Assembly: GCA_965178125.1 (NCBI GenBank)
Contig: OZ237771.1
Location: 310,001-374,000, forward strand
DNA from: Bilabrum cf. latius
Taxonomy: Eukaryota
Length of the DNA stretch: 64,000 nucleotides
Direction: 5' to 3'
A program made the translations under genes and the position numbers. The notes beneath the pieces are model-generated. The model did no database searches, was not told where the DNA came from, and saw only the letters and a list, made by a program, of their open reading frames with translations. Of the stretch, positions 12,530-25,500 are shown piece after piece. How positions within the stretch are numbered: position 1 is the stretch's first letter; every line of letters starts with the position of its first letter.

Positions 12530-12776
12530 AGCTCTCGGCCTCGTGGTCCAACTCCAAATTCAGCCGCACTGCCTCTCTTGTGAGAGACGTCAAGATCGTG
12601 GTGCAGGGGGGCGAGCCAGGGCTCGTCAGCGCCACGCAGGACGAGGACACGCAGGGCAGCTTCATCGACCAGTTGGCAAGGAGGGTGAGCGAGCTGCCGG
12701 CACCCATCGCCATGCAGGTGTCGCCGCGCCATTCGTACAGCATCGTGCTGGATCGCAAGGCATGCCATCAGGTGGC
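12530..12776 (+). pseudogene. Inverted 247-bp fragment of MACPF gene A (copy of 6130-6376)
   Basis: Encodes ...RDVKIVVQGGEPGLVSATQDEDTQGSFIDQLARRV..., almost identical to gene A but with W changed to L. The flanks are unrelated to gene A. Confidence 0.85.
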
Positions 12777-12811
12777 GACCAGCCATATATAAATTTCAAC
12801 CCAAACATTCC

Positions 12812-15800
12812 TCAACCATGGTCCCCAAGTCGAAAGCAGCCCCCCATTGCCTCCACCAGCGCTGCCACGACGCAAGGCCGATCTAGCCTGAGGCAAATGT
12901 CCTTGATGACTACCGGTTTGGCACCTCTTCGCCGTCGTACTGACCTGCCTATCGTACACCTGGCAGGACGTGACAGAGTTTCAGCAATGCTTAATCCACC
13001 ATCGCCAGAGCTAGATGCAACGGATGCCGCATGCAGCACTAGGTCAGAGATTGGCACCTGCACCACAGCCTTCCATCGACCAACCGTTTCTCTCGCACTG
13101 GTACGGTCCCCTCCGGAAGCACCACCGCCACCGCTGCTGACATACACCACAAAGCATACCCGGCTTGGCGCGATCCCACTCGTCACACGTGTCCCCGGCC
13201 CCACAACCACCTCGAGCCCCAGCTGGGCCGTCCTCCACGGTCGGCCCGCCCCAATCTGCACCGCCACCCCGGACACGAGGCGGCATGAGCCGGGGTCTTC
13301 CACTGCCCGCGTCACGGTCTTGTTCTCTTCGCCCGTGAGAAGATCCATGGCGGCAGCAGCGACGCTGCCGCTTGCTGCACTCGTCACAGATCCACGGATG
13401 GACCCGCCAGCCTAGATCTATGAATTGGCTTTAAGTCCGAGCTTCCACGCAAGACGGTCGACGTCGCTGTTCCCCGGAACCTGGTCAATTCCAGCCACTC
13501 GATTCTCGTGCGATGACTCCTAATCGATTGCTGCCCCCGGTACCATGCCAGTCGCTCGGCTCGCAGACAGACTGAACGTGCCAGCCGCCAGGTCACCTAG
13601 CCCGAGCACAGCACGCGAAATGGCGCTCCCACCGACCCCCAGATCCAGAATACTCGCCACACCTCCTCGATAGGCATCGACATCCACATTAGACGCCCGT
13701 TTCAGCGAGTGTCCCAGCTCACCGGCAGCGCGCAGCACCTGCTGCTGAGGGCTGGCGTGCTCATCAATGCTGCGCTGCTGTTCGATTCTCGTTGCAGCGG
13801 ACCGCGGGGACAAGACCGACTGGGTCGCATGCCTTGCCCCGATGGCATGCATCGTGCCATTGCTGGAGTGTCTCGTTCTAACCGGGGGACTGAAAGACCT
13901 AGCTTCATGACTAGCTTGGTGCTCCTGCCCCTGCCCCTGCTCCTGCTCCTGCTCCTGCAGGCTCGTTTGCTGGGCACCACCTCTAGGCGAGTTTCTGCCG
14001 TCCATCATCCCGTCAATATCAGCTGACTCGCCGTCCTTGGACTCCTGGAACGTGACCCGCCGCCTCAGGGATTCCGCTTGTCCACCGCCGCCATTGGGAG
14101 TAGCGAATTGGGAGCCGTTTCTTGCTGTGGGGCTTAAGCTGGCGCCCTCAGTCGCATTGGGCCCACCAGATGCGTACCATCCGACTCTGCTTCCGCTCCT
14201 GCCAACAGTCCGATCAAGCCACGCCTACATCTTGGGTGGCAACGGTACAATGATGCTGATCGCCGACCGGTCCATGTCCGTTGCAGTGTCGGTATCACTG
14301 GTGATATCGCTACTGCTACCACCAGCGCTTGCGCTGCCTTCATCGCAATCGATGACCTTGTCGCCAGCCTATGGATTAGACCGATTCAGGCGACCCACGG
14401 GCTGCTTTGATTCGGGTGGGGTAGGGTTACTGCTGCTGGCTGTGCCTCCCATCGCAACCAACCCAGTGTCCCCACCACGCTGCTAGTTCTCGTCAGCTCT
14501 GGCTCGCATCCTATCATCTTCTCCCCTGCCAGCGCTCTACTTCGAGTCAAGGCCCACCCGATCGCGAGTGTGGCGACGGAGAGGAGAAAAGGACCTGCCT
14601 GCTCCTGCGCCTGCGCCTGCGTTTAAACCAATACTTCTCTTGCTGGAATTCCGGGGGGATTTCCTACCAGCGGGTGATCCAAATGACACGGCAGACATGC
14701 CTCCCGGCGACATCATTCGATTTCCCGGGCTTACTCTCCCTCGCACTCCCGGGCTACTAGGTCTACCAATTTCCAGCTCGCCGAGCATAGGCCTAGAGGT
14801 AGACACCACTGACTTGGACCCAAAGGCAACTGAACCACTTGCGGCACGGGGCAAAGACTCGCCATATCCACCGATAGCCCCGTCGTGATCGGGCGCATCG
14901 AGCTCATCCAATCCAGTGCGATCCACCGGTGGATCGTGCCCGTCTGTTCCAGTCGCACCGCCGCGTGCAGACCGCCGCGGGCTAACGAGCCTCGGCGCCT
15001 GCCTCGTAAAATCAGGCGCAGCCTTCTCTCCACCGGTGGATTGCGCACGTCGCAGTTCTGCGCCCATCGTGTCGACGACCAGCAACTCTCGGGTGCCACT
15101 TTGCCTGCGAGATCCGAATCTGGGCATCGGCGTGCGATGTCCCGTGCGATACGACTAGGCCTAGTCTGGGTGCACGGCATTGGCATGGGATGATTCCGAG
15201 GGATAGCGGCGTTGATGCTGCCCCGCTGTTGCGTTCGCAGTCGGGTGATTCGGTCCAACCGGTTTGGACACCTTGGCAGGTTTCGTGCCCGTTTTTCTGC
15301 TGGTCTGCGGCCCGATCGTACCGAGCTTCTATTCGATGCGTTCCGTCGCTTCCATAGCCTGCCGCACCCCCCGCATCCCATATGATGATGATGATGCCGA
15401 CGGGCCACCACCCAATCGAGTCACGGCAGGTGGAGCCTTGGGCTGCGACCGAGAGCCCCGTGGCAGTGTGGATTGCTTCCCACCCGACTGTGAATCGCCT
15501 AGAGGAACATTGCGACCAGCAGCAGGGTCCATGCGGGGTCGGCGGCCGCCATATGTCCGTTGAGCGGCGGGCTGCTTGAGCCTATGGGGAGACTATGGCT
15601 GCAACCGAGCCGTAGAGACCCGCCCGCTCCACCCGATCGGGCGCACAGTGCCGGTATCGCGAAGGGACCGCTCCATGTCCGCGATGCTGGCACCCAGAGG
15701 GCCTGGCCTCCTTCTAATTCCCGTCCTACCCTGCATGACACGACTAGGGCTTGGGCTGGGACCCATGGAATGGCCAGACTTTGCCCGAGCAGCCAGGGAC

Positions 15801-18800
15801 TGTCCCTGCGACCTTCGACTCGATCGCGAGGGCTCATTCACTGGACGGCGGCTCGAACATGCGTCCTAATCTGGGTATGTGCCCTCATCTGGATCTGGTG
15901 CAAAGCCGTGCGCGCCTGAACCGGGAGACTCGTGTTCACCATCCTGCTACCAATGAACACGCGCCTGCACGTCACCGGAGGTGCCCTCCTGCGATGCCTC
16001 GCAGCTGCTCCGATCGGACCCATCCAGATCAACGGCACTGTCAGCACCTGATGCGACGGACGAAGACGAGCCAGACAAAGGGTCCGAACCGAACCCGTCC
16101 GATCCGCTTTCGCCGTCCTCCTTGCCACCCATGGTCCGGTTCTCGTTCAACGGGGCACGGTCTCCCGACCCGAGCCCAGCCTCACCTCGCGATTGTGCTA
16201 TCCTTAGGAGCTCCCCAAGGGTGGGAGTTCGATCAGTGTGACGAGTATGGTCAACCCTTTCCAGCCTGTTGCCCGTTCCTGACAGGTCGTGGGCATCTGT
16301 TGGACTGAATCTCGAGCTTCGGTGGCGATGGGCGCGATGTCGATCTGCCTGGGGCGCCTCTCTTTGTCCTGGTATGCGATTGGACACGGGTTCACTTGGT
16401 AGGAGAAGAACCTTCCTTCCGTGTTCACCAGCTAGGCCGGGACTAGATGCACCACGATCATGCTTGTGCTCCACGTGCAGCCCCTCGAGGAGCGCCGCGA
16501 GTGCACCGTCGCCTTGCCACGACTCTGGTGCATGTTGATCGATTGTCAGTGCCTTTGAGTTCCTGGCCGGGTCTGGCACGGGCAGAAGCCTACCTTGGAC
16601 CATATTGGCAGATGGCGCCTGTCCATGCGCAACCTGAGTCGTCTTAGGCGGATGGTCCTGCCCACTGCTTGTGCTATGCTTGGCATCGCCTGCTGCCCCA
16701 CGGTCGATTCCAGTGGGGCTAGAATCAGGATGCTGGGGAGCGCTGACACGTCTGCTATACCCCACAGGATGCCTTTGTCCGCGATGCGTCGCGGAATTGG
16801 TACTTGATGCAGGTGCGTTGTCGCGCACCGGCGTTGCCTGCCTAGAGACTGACACCAGCTCGGAAGCGGTAAGAGCCACGCTTGCGGGAGGAGGACTCGT
16901 CACATCCGATGGCCTGCCGATCCCATATTCACTAGAAACTCCTGCTGCTGGTGTCGTTGCCTTGACCTGCTACAGCGCCCCGGCTTCGTCACCCGGTGCG
17001 GGGCCAGTCTCCGTGTGACTTTGGTGGCCTGCTTCTGTCTCGGGGTGTTCTCGACCATGCGATTCAACCGTGCCATGCCGTTGCGTACCGTCCACCTTCC
17101 TCATATTGCTTCTCCTTCTCATCCAGTGCACTAGGTCTCGAGGAGGACCATCGCCACTGATCTTGCTAGCGTCGGGCCCCGCAGTACCACTGCCACAAGC
17201 AGCCTCAGCCGTACCCAAGTCCCCAGCGCCACCGCGTGTACCTGATGACCCCTGGGAACCGCCGGAGGGAATTCCAGGCGTGGCGTCACCCTGCAATAGC
17301 TCACGATCCTGGCTCCCACTGAAGAGATCCCTGACTTTGTCGTCCCCTCGCATACTCTGGGCGGCAGACTGCACTCTCCGGTGGCCTGATGCCTCACTGG
17401 GGGAGAGCTTTCGTGCACCTGTCATGTCATTGCCAGCACCCAAGGAGCCGGCCGCATGCCTAGTTGGATTCGAGAGACTGCTTGGGCTCTGTCCTGGTGC
17501 AAGGAACTCCTTTTGGGTCGACCGCTCTCTCCGCAGTGGCGAAGGCGGCCTCAGCGACGCCTCGGGAGCGGGGGGCGGGGCTTCAGGCGAGCGTGCTGGC
17601 GACAGCCGCAGAGTCTCCGCCCGCGCTGGACTGGCGCTGGGAGTCCTCAGCTCTTCCTCGCCGTTTGAGTCGTGGGCTCGTATTGACGGATGCTCCACAA
17701 CGGCTCCTCTGTCTCTGTCTCTGTCACTGCCACTGGCACTGGCACCGGCACCGGCACTGGCACTGGCACTGGCACTGGCACTGGCACTGAGTGCGTCGTT
17801 CGAAGGGGGCCTGTGCTGCACCGACCCATCCATTGTGTTGTCTGCTCGCATTGCTGCAGCCCCAGTAGCACTAGCTTCCGTTCTTCCATGTCGTGCGCGG
17901 GCGCCACTTTGACCACCGGCCTCTGCTGGTCGCACCTTCCCTAGCATAGCCCCTATCGTGTTTGGGCCACCCGAGTCATCCAAATCATCAGGAGTTTGAT
18001 CCGGATCCAGTTGATCAGCTTCGGCTTCGTCACGTTCATGTGCACCTCGGGCTGTCACTTCATGTTCAATGCTGGCCGGATTTGCACTATCAGGCAGCAC
18101 GCGCAGCACAGCCTACTCGGTGGCCCCAGCTGCGAAATCTGTTGGCATAGGCACAGGCATACTGGAGCTGCTATCAACCCCGGTCTTGCTCTCACACCCT
18201 CGGGCCCTGCTGCCCTCATCGTACCCGGTCTGACCAAGCCGGGCCTTGGCTAGGATGGCAGCTGTGGTGCCTCCCCACGGCGACGGTGGAGGGGGCTGAT
18301 CAAGCTATTGACCACTGCTGCCTGACAGTGGAGGGGGCTGATCAAGCTATTGACCACTGCTGCCTGACAGTGGAGGGGGCTGATCAAGCTATTGACCACT
18401 GCTGCCTGACAATGAATTGGCGACATCTGCGACAGGGCGCCCAGGGCGAGTTAAGGACTAAGCTGGTACGTGCAAACCGGCAGGAAAAGCCTTGCCGCTC
18501 ATATCATAGATATGTTGCTCCGGCGATGTCTGCCTGTCCGGCGATGTCTGCCTGTCCGCCGATGCCTGCCTGTCCGCCGATGCCTGCCTGTCCGCCGATG
18601 CCTGCCTGTCCGGCGATGCCTGCCTGTCCGCCGATGCCTGCCTGTCCGGCGATGCCTGCCTGTCCGCCGATGCCTGCCTGCCCGGCGATGCCTGCCTGTC
18701 CGCCGATGCCTGCCTGTCCGCCGATGCCTGCCTGTCCGGCGATGCCTGCCTGTCCGCCGATGCCTGCCTGCCCGGCGATGCCTGCCTGTCCGGCGATGCC

Positions 18801-21800
18801 TGCCTGTCCGCCGATGCCTGCCTGTCCGGCGATGCCTGCCTGTCCGGCGATGCCTGCCTGTCCGGCGATGCCTGCCTGCCCGGCGATGCCTGCCCGTTGC
18901 TTTCCGTGTTGATCGCCGCGATCATCCTGCCGCCGGAACCTGAGCCAACCGATTCCATTCGCACCGCTACATCCTACATATTTGCAGCATTCATAGTTGC
19001 CCTTGGCACCGCCTTCTTCGCTGCAGTGGATGGCGTCGACAGCTGCGGCCTTCGCGGCGGAGACTCAAGCAGGGGCATGCTGGGCTCGTACCCTGACGAT
19101 GATGCTGATGTCACACCTGACGCAGCTGACGTTGCGCTCATTCTAGAGACTCGAGCCAGCGCGGGGTCAGGGCCCTCACCCGACTCTTTGCCGGGGTCAC
19201 CGGATCCACACGCAGGCGATACAGCATCATGTGGCAACACTAGTCGGGGCGAATGGCCCGCGGCTTGCGTGCCCTGTACATCATGTCCTATGCTGCTCGA
19301 AGAGGTATTTGCGTTGCCTCTTCGCTTGGGCTCGGGTGCCGGCTCGATGGAGCCTTGGCCTGGCGTTGTGCTGCCAGCAGGCTGGCCCTGGGAGTGTGGG
19401 TTCGTGGACCGTGCGGGTGCAGCAGCATCACTTTGGCCACCCCTGGCATCGTCTACGATTGCTTGATGGCCATGATCCTAGAGCCCACGGCTCTGGCTCT
19501 GGCTCTGGCTCTGCCTGGGCTGGTGCTTTGCTCTAGCATACTCCAACAAGCCCTTGGTCGGCTTGTCTGCCTTGCCACTCTTCTTGGTACCGGACCTGTG
19601 GGGCTGATCGCGTCTACCTTGCCCGTCCTCTGCCTCGACTGCAGGTTGGCCTGAATGAAATGTGCTCGATACTGACGATGCCGACCCCGCCTCTACCAAG
19701 TCTACTTTGGACACGTCTACGTTAGTCGCGTCTGCATTGGGGCTACCACTACCAGTGTTTGCATTGGAGGACGTGATGCTGCCCAGTGCCACATCATCTG
19801 CCGCCTGCCTGGACTTGTCGCGGAACGAGGGAATGCTCCGAAGCCTGGGGAGGGAGGCGGCTGGCGAGCCTACAGAGCTGACGACAGAGCGATAGGACGG
19901 GCTGCGGGCACCATCGTGTGCTGCACCCTCCCCACCCCGCCCTTTCGAGTTCTGCTGCAGGCCAGCCAGCCTGGCTCGCGCTGCAGCAACCTGGGCCTTC
20001 CTTGCCTGCAGCATGCCCTGCCTGGAGGAGGCAATACCAGCCTGGTCTGCTTCCAGTCTCGCCTGCTCTCGAGGGGACAGGAGGCTGCGTCGGGGCGACG
20101 AGTGCAACCTGCTCACTTGTGATGACGAGTGCGGTGCAATCGATGATGACGAGTGCGCCTCGAGCGGCGGGCCCCTAGAAGCGGAAGCTGCCCGCCGAAG
20201 CTCGCTCCTCTGCTTCTGGATCGGACTCTCTGCAGGAGCACGATCGTGCGATGCATTCAGCACCGCCCCGTTGGCGGCTGTGGGTGACGAGTGCTGGTGA
20301 GCAGGCGTCCCAGATCGTGGCATTTCTAGCTTCCTGCTCCCCACCACCACCCCCAGAACCCCTGGGGGAATTCCCCCGACCCTCTCATGGGGGTCCAGGT
20401 TACACTGCCGCACAAGGTATGCGGCCAGCCGCGACAGCTGCTCCGTTCTTGATGCTTTGCCGTCTAGGTGAGCACCGCGGTCCTTGAGCCGAGCAAGTGC
20501 TTCGCCGAAACCGGCGGTGCTCCCATCCCTACCCCAGCCCTCCTGCTGTATGACGAGTGCGGCTTCGACGGCCTTGGCCATTGTGGTGCTAGCTCCACCG
20601 GTGGATGCTGCTCCACCAGTCGCAACCCCACCCCCTGATCCGATCCCATCTCTGGAGGCGTCGAACGGAACCTTGCAGTCCCTCAGATCCACTTTTACCA
20701 CCACTTTGCTCGGATCCGGAATCAGAAATAGCTCCGAGGCATCGGATGGCACCCGCGCGCCGGTCGCAGCAGAAGCAGCACCCCGCCTCGCCTACTACAG
20801 CCGCCAGGCGGGTGCTGGGGCCCTTCCCGACCCACTCGTCACACCCTCCCGATCAGCGTGCCCACACGCCGCCGCGATCATCGCCTTGCACCCTGCAGAC
20901 AGCCAGTTCCCGCAAAGCTGCACGGCAATGCGCTGGCCCCTCACGGCTCGATGCCTCACCATCTCGGCGATCGGAGCGGCATCCCTGTCCTGGATGCAGC
21001 ATCGCGAGAGGTCCAACCTGCAGAGTGACGAGTGTGACGTCACAGACCGCATCAGGACGGGCACCCCGCTGCCGCCGGCGCCGCGGCGGATCGCAGGAGA
21101 GCCTCCTGAGGCAGCATCAGAGGCGGCGGCGGAGGAGCCAGGGAAACGGGAGCTGCGGGCAGGGGCGCCTTCCGCCGACCCGATGGCCTTGTTCCCCGCC
21201 AGGCTCAGCTCGATGAGCTCCAGTGCGGCTGCACCGCCGTGCGATGCACCCATGCCGAGGGCCAGGGCCCGCAGCCCTGCCGTGCCCACCGAGCATCTGC
21301 TCAGGTCCAGCGTGCTCACTCTGAGCCCTGGAGCGGCGAGCGCAGCCGCAATGCGTTCCGTGCCCTCGTCTCCTATTTCCGGGTTTTGTCTCATGACGAG
21401 AGAGCGAAGCGCGAGTGGCGCGCCGGCAGCGAGCGAGCGCCTCAGCTTCGTGGACCCAGCAGCGGGCTTCGCAAGCGCAGCTGCGATGGCAGCTGCTCCT
21501 TCAGCGTCAATGCTGCACATGCTGATATCAAGGTGTCGGATAGGAGCTGAAATTCGGCGTATCGTCTGCGTGGTTGAGCTTAAATAGAAGCGTCCAAGCA
21601 ATTGCAGTTGACGTAGGCAGTCGACATGCTCTTCTTGCGTAGCATTAGGCCACGTATACACTCACTGATACCAGTGCAGCAATACATGGTCCACCCAATT
21701 CATTTTCATCTAGCCACAAAGACTGCAACTCGCTGCATATGCGAATGATGGAGCCCAGAGAGCTGGAGCACGTGCCGCCAAGCTCATTGCCACTGAGGCG

Positions 21801-22004
21801 GAGCTTCCGCAGCGATTCAAGCCCATGCTGGTGAATAAATTGGCGAATCCCAGCGACAGTTGTCGCTGATATCCCGCTACGTGCAACCGTGATCCCATGG
21901 ACACTGCGGTTCGGCCCCAGGCGTCGCCTTTCAGATTCTAATCTCGAAACAACGGTCGCTATCGACCGGCCGACATGAGGCTCGCCGGAAATTCTTAGGT
22001 CCAT
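12812..22004 (-). CDS. Giant protein (~3,030 aa) with N-terminal RI-like leucine-rich repeats and a long disordered body; exons 22004-21666 and 21565-12812
   Basis: LRR motifs LRKLRLSGNELG, LQSLWLDENELG, VSTLDLSRCSVG, LIELSLAGNKAIG. Phase-0 intron GTGAGT(21665)...CGCAG(21566). Eleven track ORFs share one frame and are separated only by TAG. Ends TGA 12812-12814. Confidence 0.8.
18286..18411 (-). repeat. 42-bp coding tandem repeat x3 (LSGSSGQ[TAG]LDQPPP)
   Basis: GTGGAGGGGGCTGATCAAGCTATTGACCACTGCTGCCTGACA repeated. Each copy puts CAA-TAG in the LRR gene frame (18305, 18347, 18389). Confidence 0.9.
18520..18895 (-). repeat. 18-bp coding tandem repeat, ~21 copies (RQASPD/RQASAD/RQASPG)
   Basis: CC(G/C)GCGATGCCTGCCTG(T/C)-type unit, in frame with the LRR gene. 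Confidence 0.95.
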
Positions 22005-22568
22005 AATTAATTGTTGTTTGCAAATAGCATCGATCCAAAAGGGAGTGAGTTTTGCGGCTGCAAATGGCAGAATTTACAACTTAACCAACGTCTCTCGCGA
22101 GCTTCATCTTCGAAATAATACACTCGTCACCCGCCGCGCGAATCCAACCCCAGATCCGTCCAACCCGCGGCACTTGGCAGGTAGACTACAACAACCAGAC
22201 CCGGAGACCTTCAGTGTTCGGCGCTACTAGGCGATTTACTCCTCCTTGCTGTACTTGTCCGATTCATTGCTGGTGTACTGCAGCATGGTGTGGGTCGACA
22301 GCAGCCACCGGCAGCACCCCGCCTGTCGGTCCGGTGAGATGTGGGTGTGGATCGGCCTTGCCTACCATACCTGAGGTGTGCGTAGACCTCTCTTAGGCGC
22401 TCCGAATTGTAAGTTGTCTCAATATCTAGAAACAATGTGCTGCCCCACTGCAGATCGTCCGCAACTCGTCCCTCGGGGGAGATTTATAATGTGCACATTC
22501 TGGTTTATTTACACAGTCGACCGCTGTGACCCCATATCCTTCCATATCTGCGTGCAAACAAGCAGCAA

Positions 22569-25500
22569 ATGTCATCGAAGGGACGTTTGTCCCAAGGGAA
22601 TGGGCCTAGTCGCTCCTTCGCCGATGCAACAAGCACGTCCGGCCGAAAATCGAACTCTAAATCTGAATCGATGCGAAAACGATTGGAGCGGCGAAGCAAT
22701 GGCAGGAACAAGAAGAAACTTCGTAATGAAAGAATTCGTGCCTAGAGACTTCAGCGACGTGAGGCGTAGCGGAAGCAAGAAGAGGCAGAGCTGCGTGAGG
22801 TAACAAGTGAAATCGAGCTGGAGCGATAGAAGCGTCGGCAGGCCAGGACAAAGAAGAGGTCGGATGACCTAGTTTCTCTCGTCGTGGCTAAGCAGCATGC
22901 GAAAGAGTCCCTGCAACGAAGAGTAGCAGTTGCAATCGAGGCAGCGGATGTGCGATTCGCCTGCTAGCCGGCAGTCGCCAAGCGAGCACGGGAGGCTTCC
23001 TCGGAGCTGCTGCGCTTTGACGTGAAGCGGGCTGGCGGAATCGCTCAAAAAATCGCAATGACCCGTTGCCCGGTGGCTCTATCTAGCGCAAAGACTCAGG
23101 ACGCAGGCGCTTCGGGCGGTCCCGGGGCTGGATTGGGATTCAGCCCCGCCTACGTCGCCTCCCTTCCCTCCAGCGACCCCTCCGCCGGCAACGTCACGGC
23201 CAAGCTGTCCCTGGTACTTGCATCCTCCGCGGTGCGAGGCCACCGGGCACTCCCCACTCCTTCCGCCTTCGCTCGTTCGCGGCTGGACGGATGGCAGGCA
23301 CTGGCGCACACCGGCCCGGACGCCGCCGGTGACCGCGCATCCGCCGTCCTGGCCCCGCTGATGAAGGACCTAAGGGGCATCAACGCATCCAGGCACATCG
23401 ATGAAGCCGTCAGAGCCGTCGTTGGCTCCATCGGTGACGGGGCAGCCGCTCTGCCGCCGCTGTCCGCAGCGCAGTCTCTCGACACCAGACTCAAGGAAAT
23501 AGGGGCGTGCATCAAGGCGCCGGGGAGCGGCGCAGGCAGGCGACTGGGCTCCAGGGCAGGAGGGGTCTCTTCGGGCGGCGGCGGGAGGGACGGGTCGGTT
23601 GCAACCACCCTGGCTGCATCGGTGCGGGCATGGCAGCCGACCGACGGCCCCGCGCTCAAGCCTCATGCCGCGCTGAGACTGGCACGCGTGTGCGTGGAGC
23701 TGTACCTTAGGTATAGGGGGTTCCTGCCTGCACTCATGGAAGCGGTGTGCGACGCGGCGGCTGATGCGGCGCGCGTGCTGGAGGCCGGTGGCGGCCCTGT
23801 GGGGCCAGGGGAGGTCGGTGCCTGGGAGACGGAGGAGGCAAGGAGGCGCCGCGCAGCTAGGATTATGTTCCGCATGCGGGGCCGAGGGGCGGGGCGCTCC
23901 GAGGCCGAGGCGGCCGCGATCCGTTTCGAGATGAAGGAGCAGGTGCAGCCTGCTGCGGTGCCGTGGAGCTGCGCCGGGCTGCTCGGCGTGCTGTCGAGGA
24001 TCAAGGCCGGGCTGGGGAACAAGAGAGAGTGCGCGGATCTAGACAAGAAGGCGGAGGGGGTGGGGCCTGTGACCGGAAATGGAGGCGGGGCGTGGCTCGG
24101 TCGGGATGCAATGTCGGCTGCCGGCAGCTCTGGCGGAAAGGCAAGAGGCAGCGCAGGGGTTGGGGTGGCTGCGGCTGCTGGCGCCTCGCTGGTCGCGGCA
24201 TCGGCTACAAATGGGGAGGATGGTACCAATGACAAGTCAGCGGGGTCATCAAAAGGCAAGGGTAAAGGGAAGGGAGCATCCTCTGGACGTGGTGGAGGCG
24301 GCGGCGGGGGTGGTGGAGGCGGTACCTAGGGCATGCTCGATGATTTCGACGACTTGTCATCCGACTCTGGAAGCGAGACGGACGAGGAGGGGAGCGGTGG
24401 CAGTGACAGCGACGCAGATGGTGAGGGTGCATCTCCTTGCAAGGCAGGGGAGGGAACAAGCAAGGAAGCTCACCCGGAAGGCTCGCCCGCCCTAGGTGCA
24501 GACAGGGGACTAAGGCCGAGCTGGTGCCCTGCCGCTCCCACGGGCGATGACGGGTGTCTGGCGGAGGCGGAGAGGCGTGCATCCACCGGTGGATTAGTTG
24601 CGGCGGTGTCTTCTGCGGATAAGGCAGGCGCAAGTGCAAAAGCCCAGGGCGTGACATCAGCTGCTGCTGCCTCTGCAATCCCCCCGCCACCCACGTCCGA
24701 CGACGCGAAAGTTAGCAAGCGGTCGACGTGGGCAGCCGCAGCCGGTGCTCCGGTGTCCGAGGCGGAATCTAGCGGGCCTACGCTCGGGGTGGGCAAAGTG
24801 GACCCCAGGCTGCTGCAGCTGCCTCCCAACGTGAGCTTGGAAGACGCAGCCAGGGCACTGCTGAACCTGCCCTTGCCGGACAAGCCAGGTGCCGGGAACG
24901 CCGGAGTCCAGCTGGCGCGGCTGCAGCAGCTGCAGAGGGACTGGATCGATGGCGGTTTGTGGGCGTGGTGCCAGCAGCCCGCTACGCGACGGTCTGCCAC
25001 GGACAGGCTGGTTGCCCTGATCGTGCTGCTGCTGGGGCTGCACGAAGCCGGTGCATGGCGAGATGAAGACTCCGCCGCTGCGCTGGTGGCCGCAGCTATC
25101 GGCGAGGAGCAGGTGGTGCGGCAGTGCTTGCAGCACGTGAGGCGGGTCACCAAGGACATTGAAGCGGCGGGATCTGCGGCCGATGAGGGCGAGGGTGCTG
25201 CTGTCGGCGATGCAGGTGGTCAGGCCGGAAGCTTGGCAACCCGCACCCAAGCACCCACGGGTAGCCACGCGGGTGTGACGAGTGATCCGGTTGCAACCGA
25301 TCCTGTTGCGGACGACGACGAGGGCGACGTGTCTGACCCCGAGATCGGGTCTGATGGGAAGCGGCTGCCTTCTCTGCCCGACAGGCCGCCCCTCGTGCTC
25401 CGGGAGCCATGCGGGCCCGGGAGCCGAGCGATCGAGGAGCGGATGCGGAGGGCAGACACGGCGTGGATCGCGCGGCAGCTGGAGCAGGAAGCTGCGAGCG

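Noticed and set aside
22211-22470. RAD51-paralog-like string TLFLDIETTYNSERLREV
   Set aside because: In-frame TAA just upstream, no Walker A motif, and no room between the divergent LRR and UPF2 starts; likely chance or a tiny relic.
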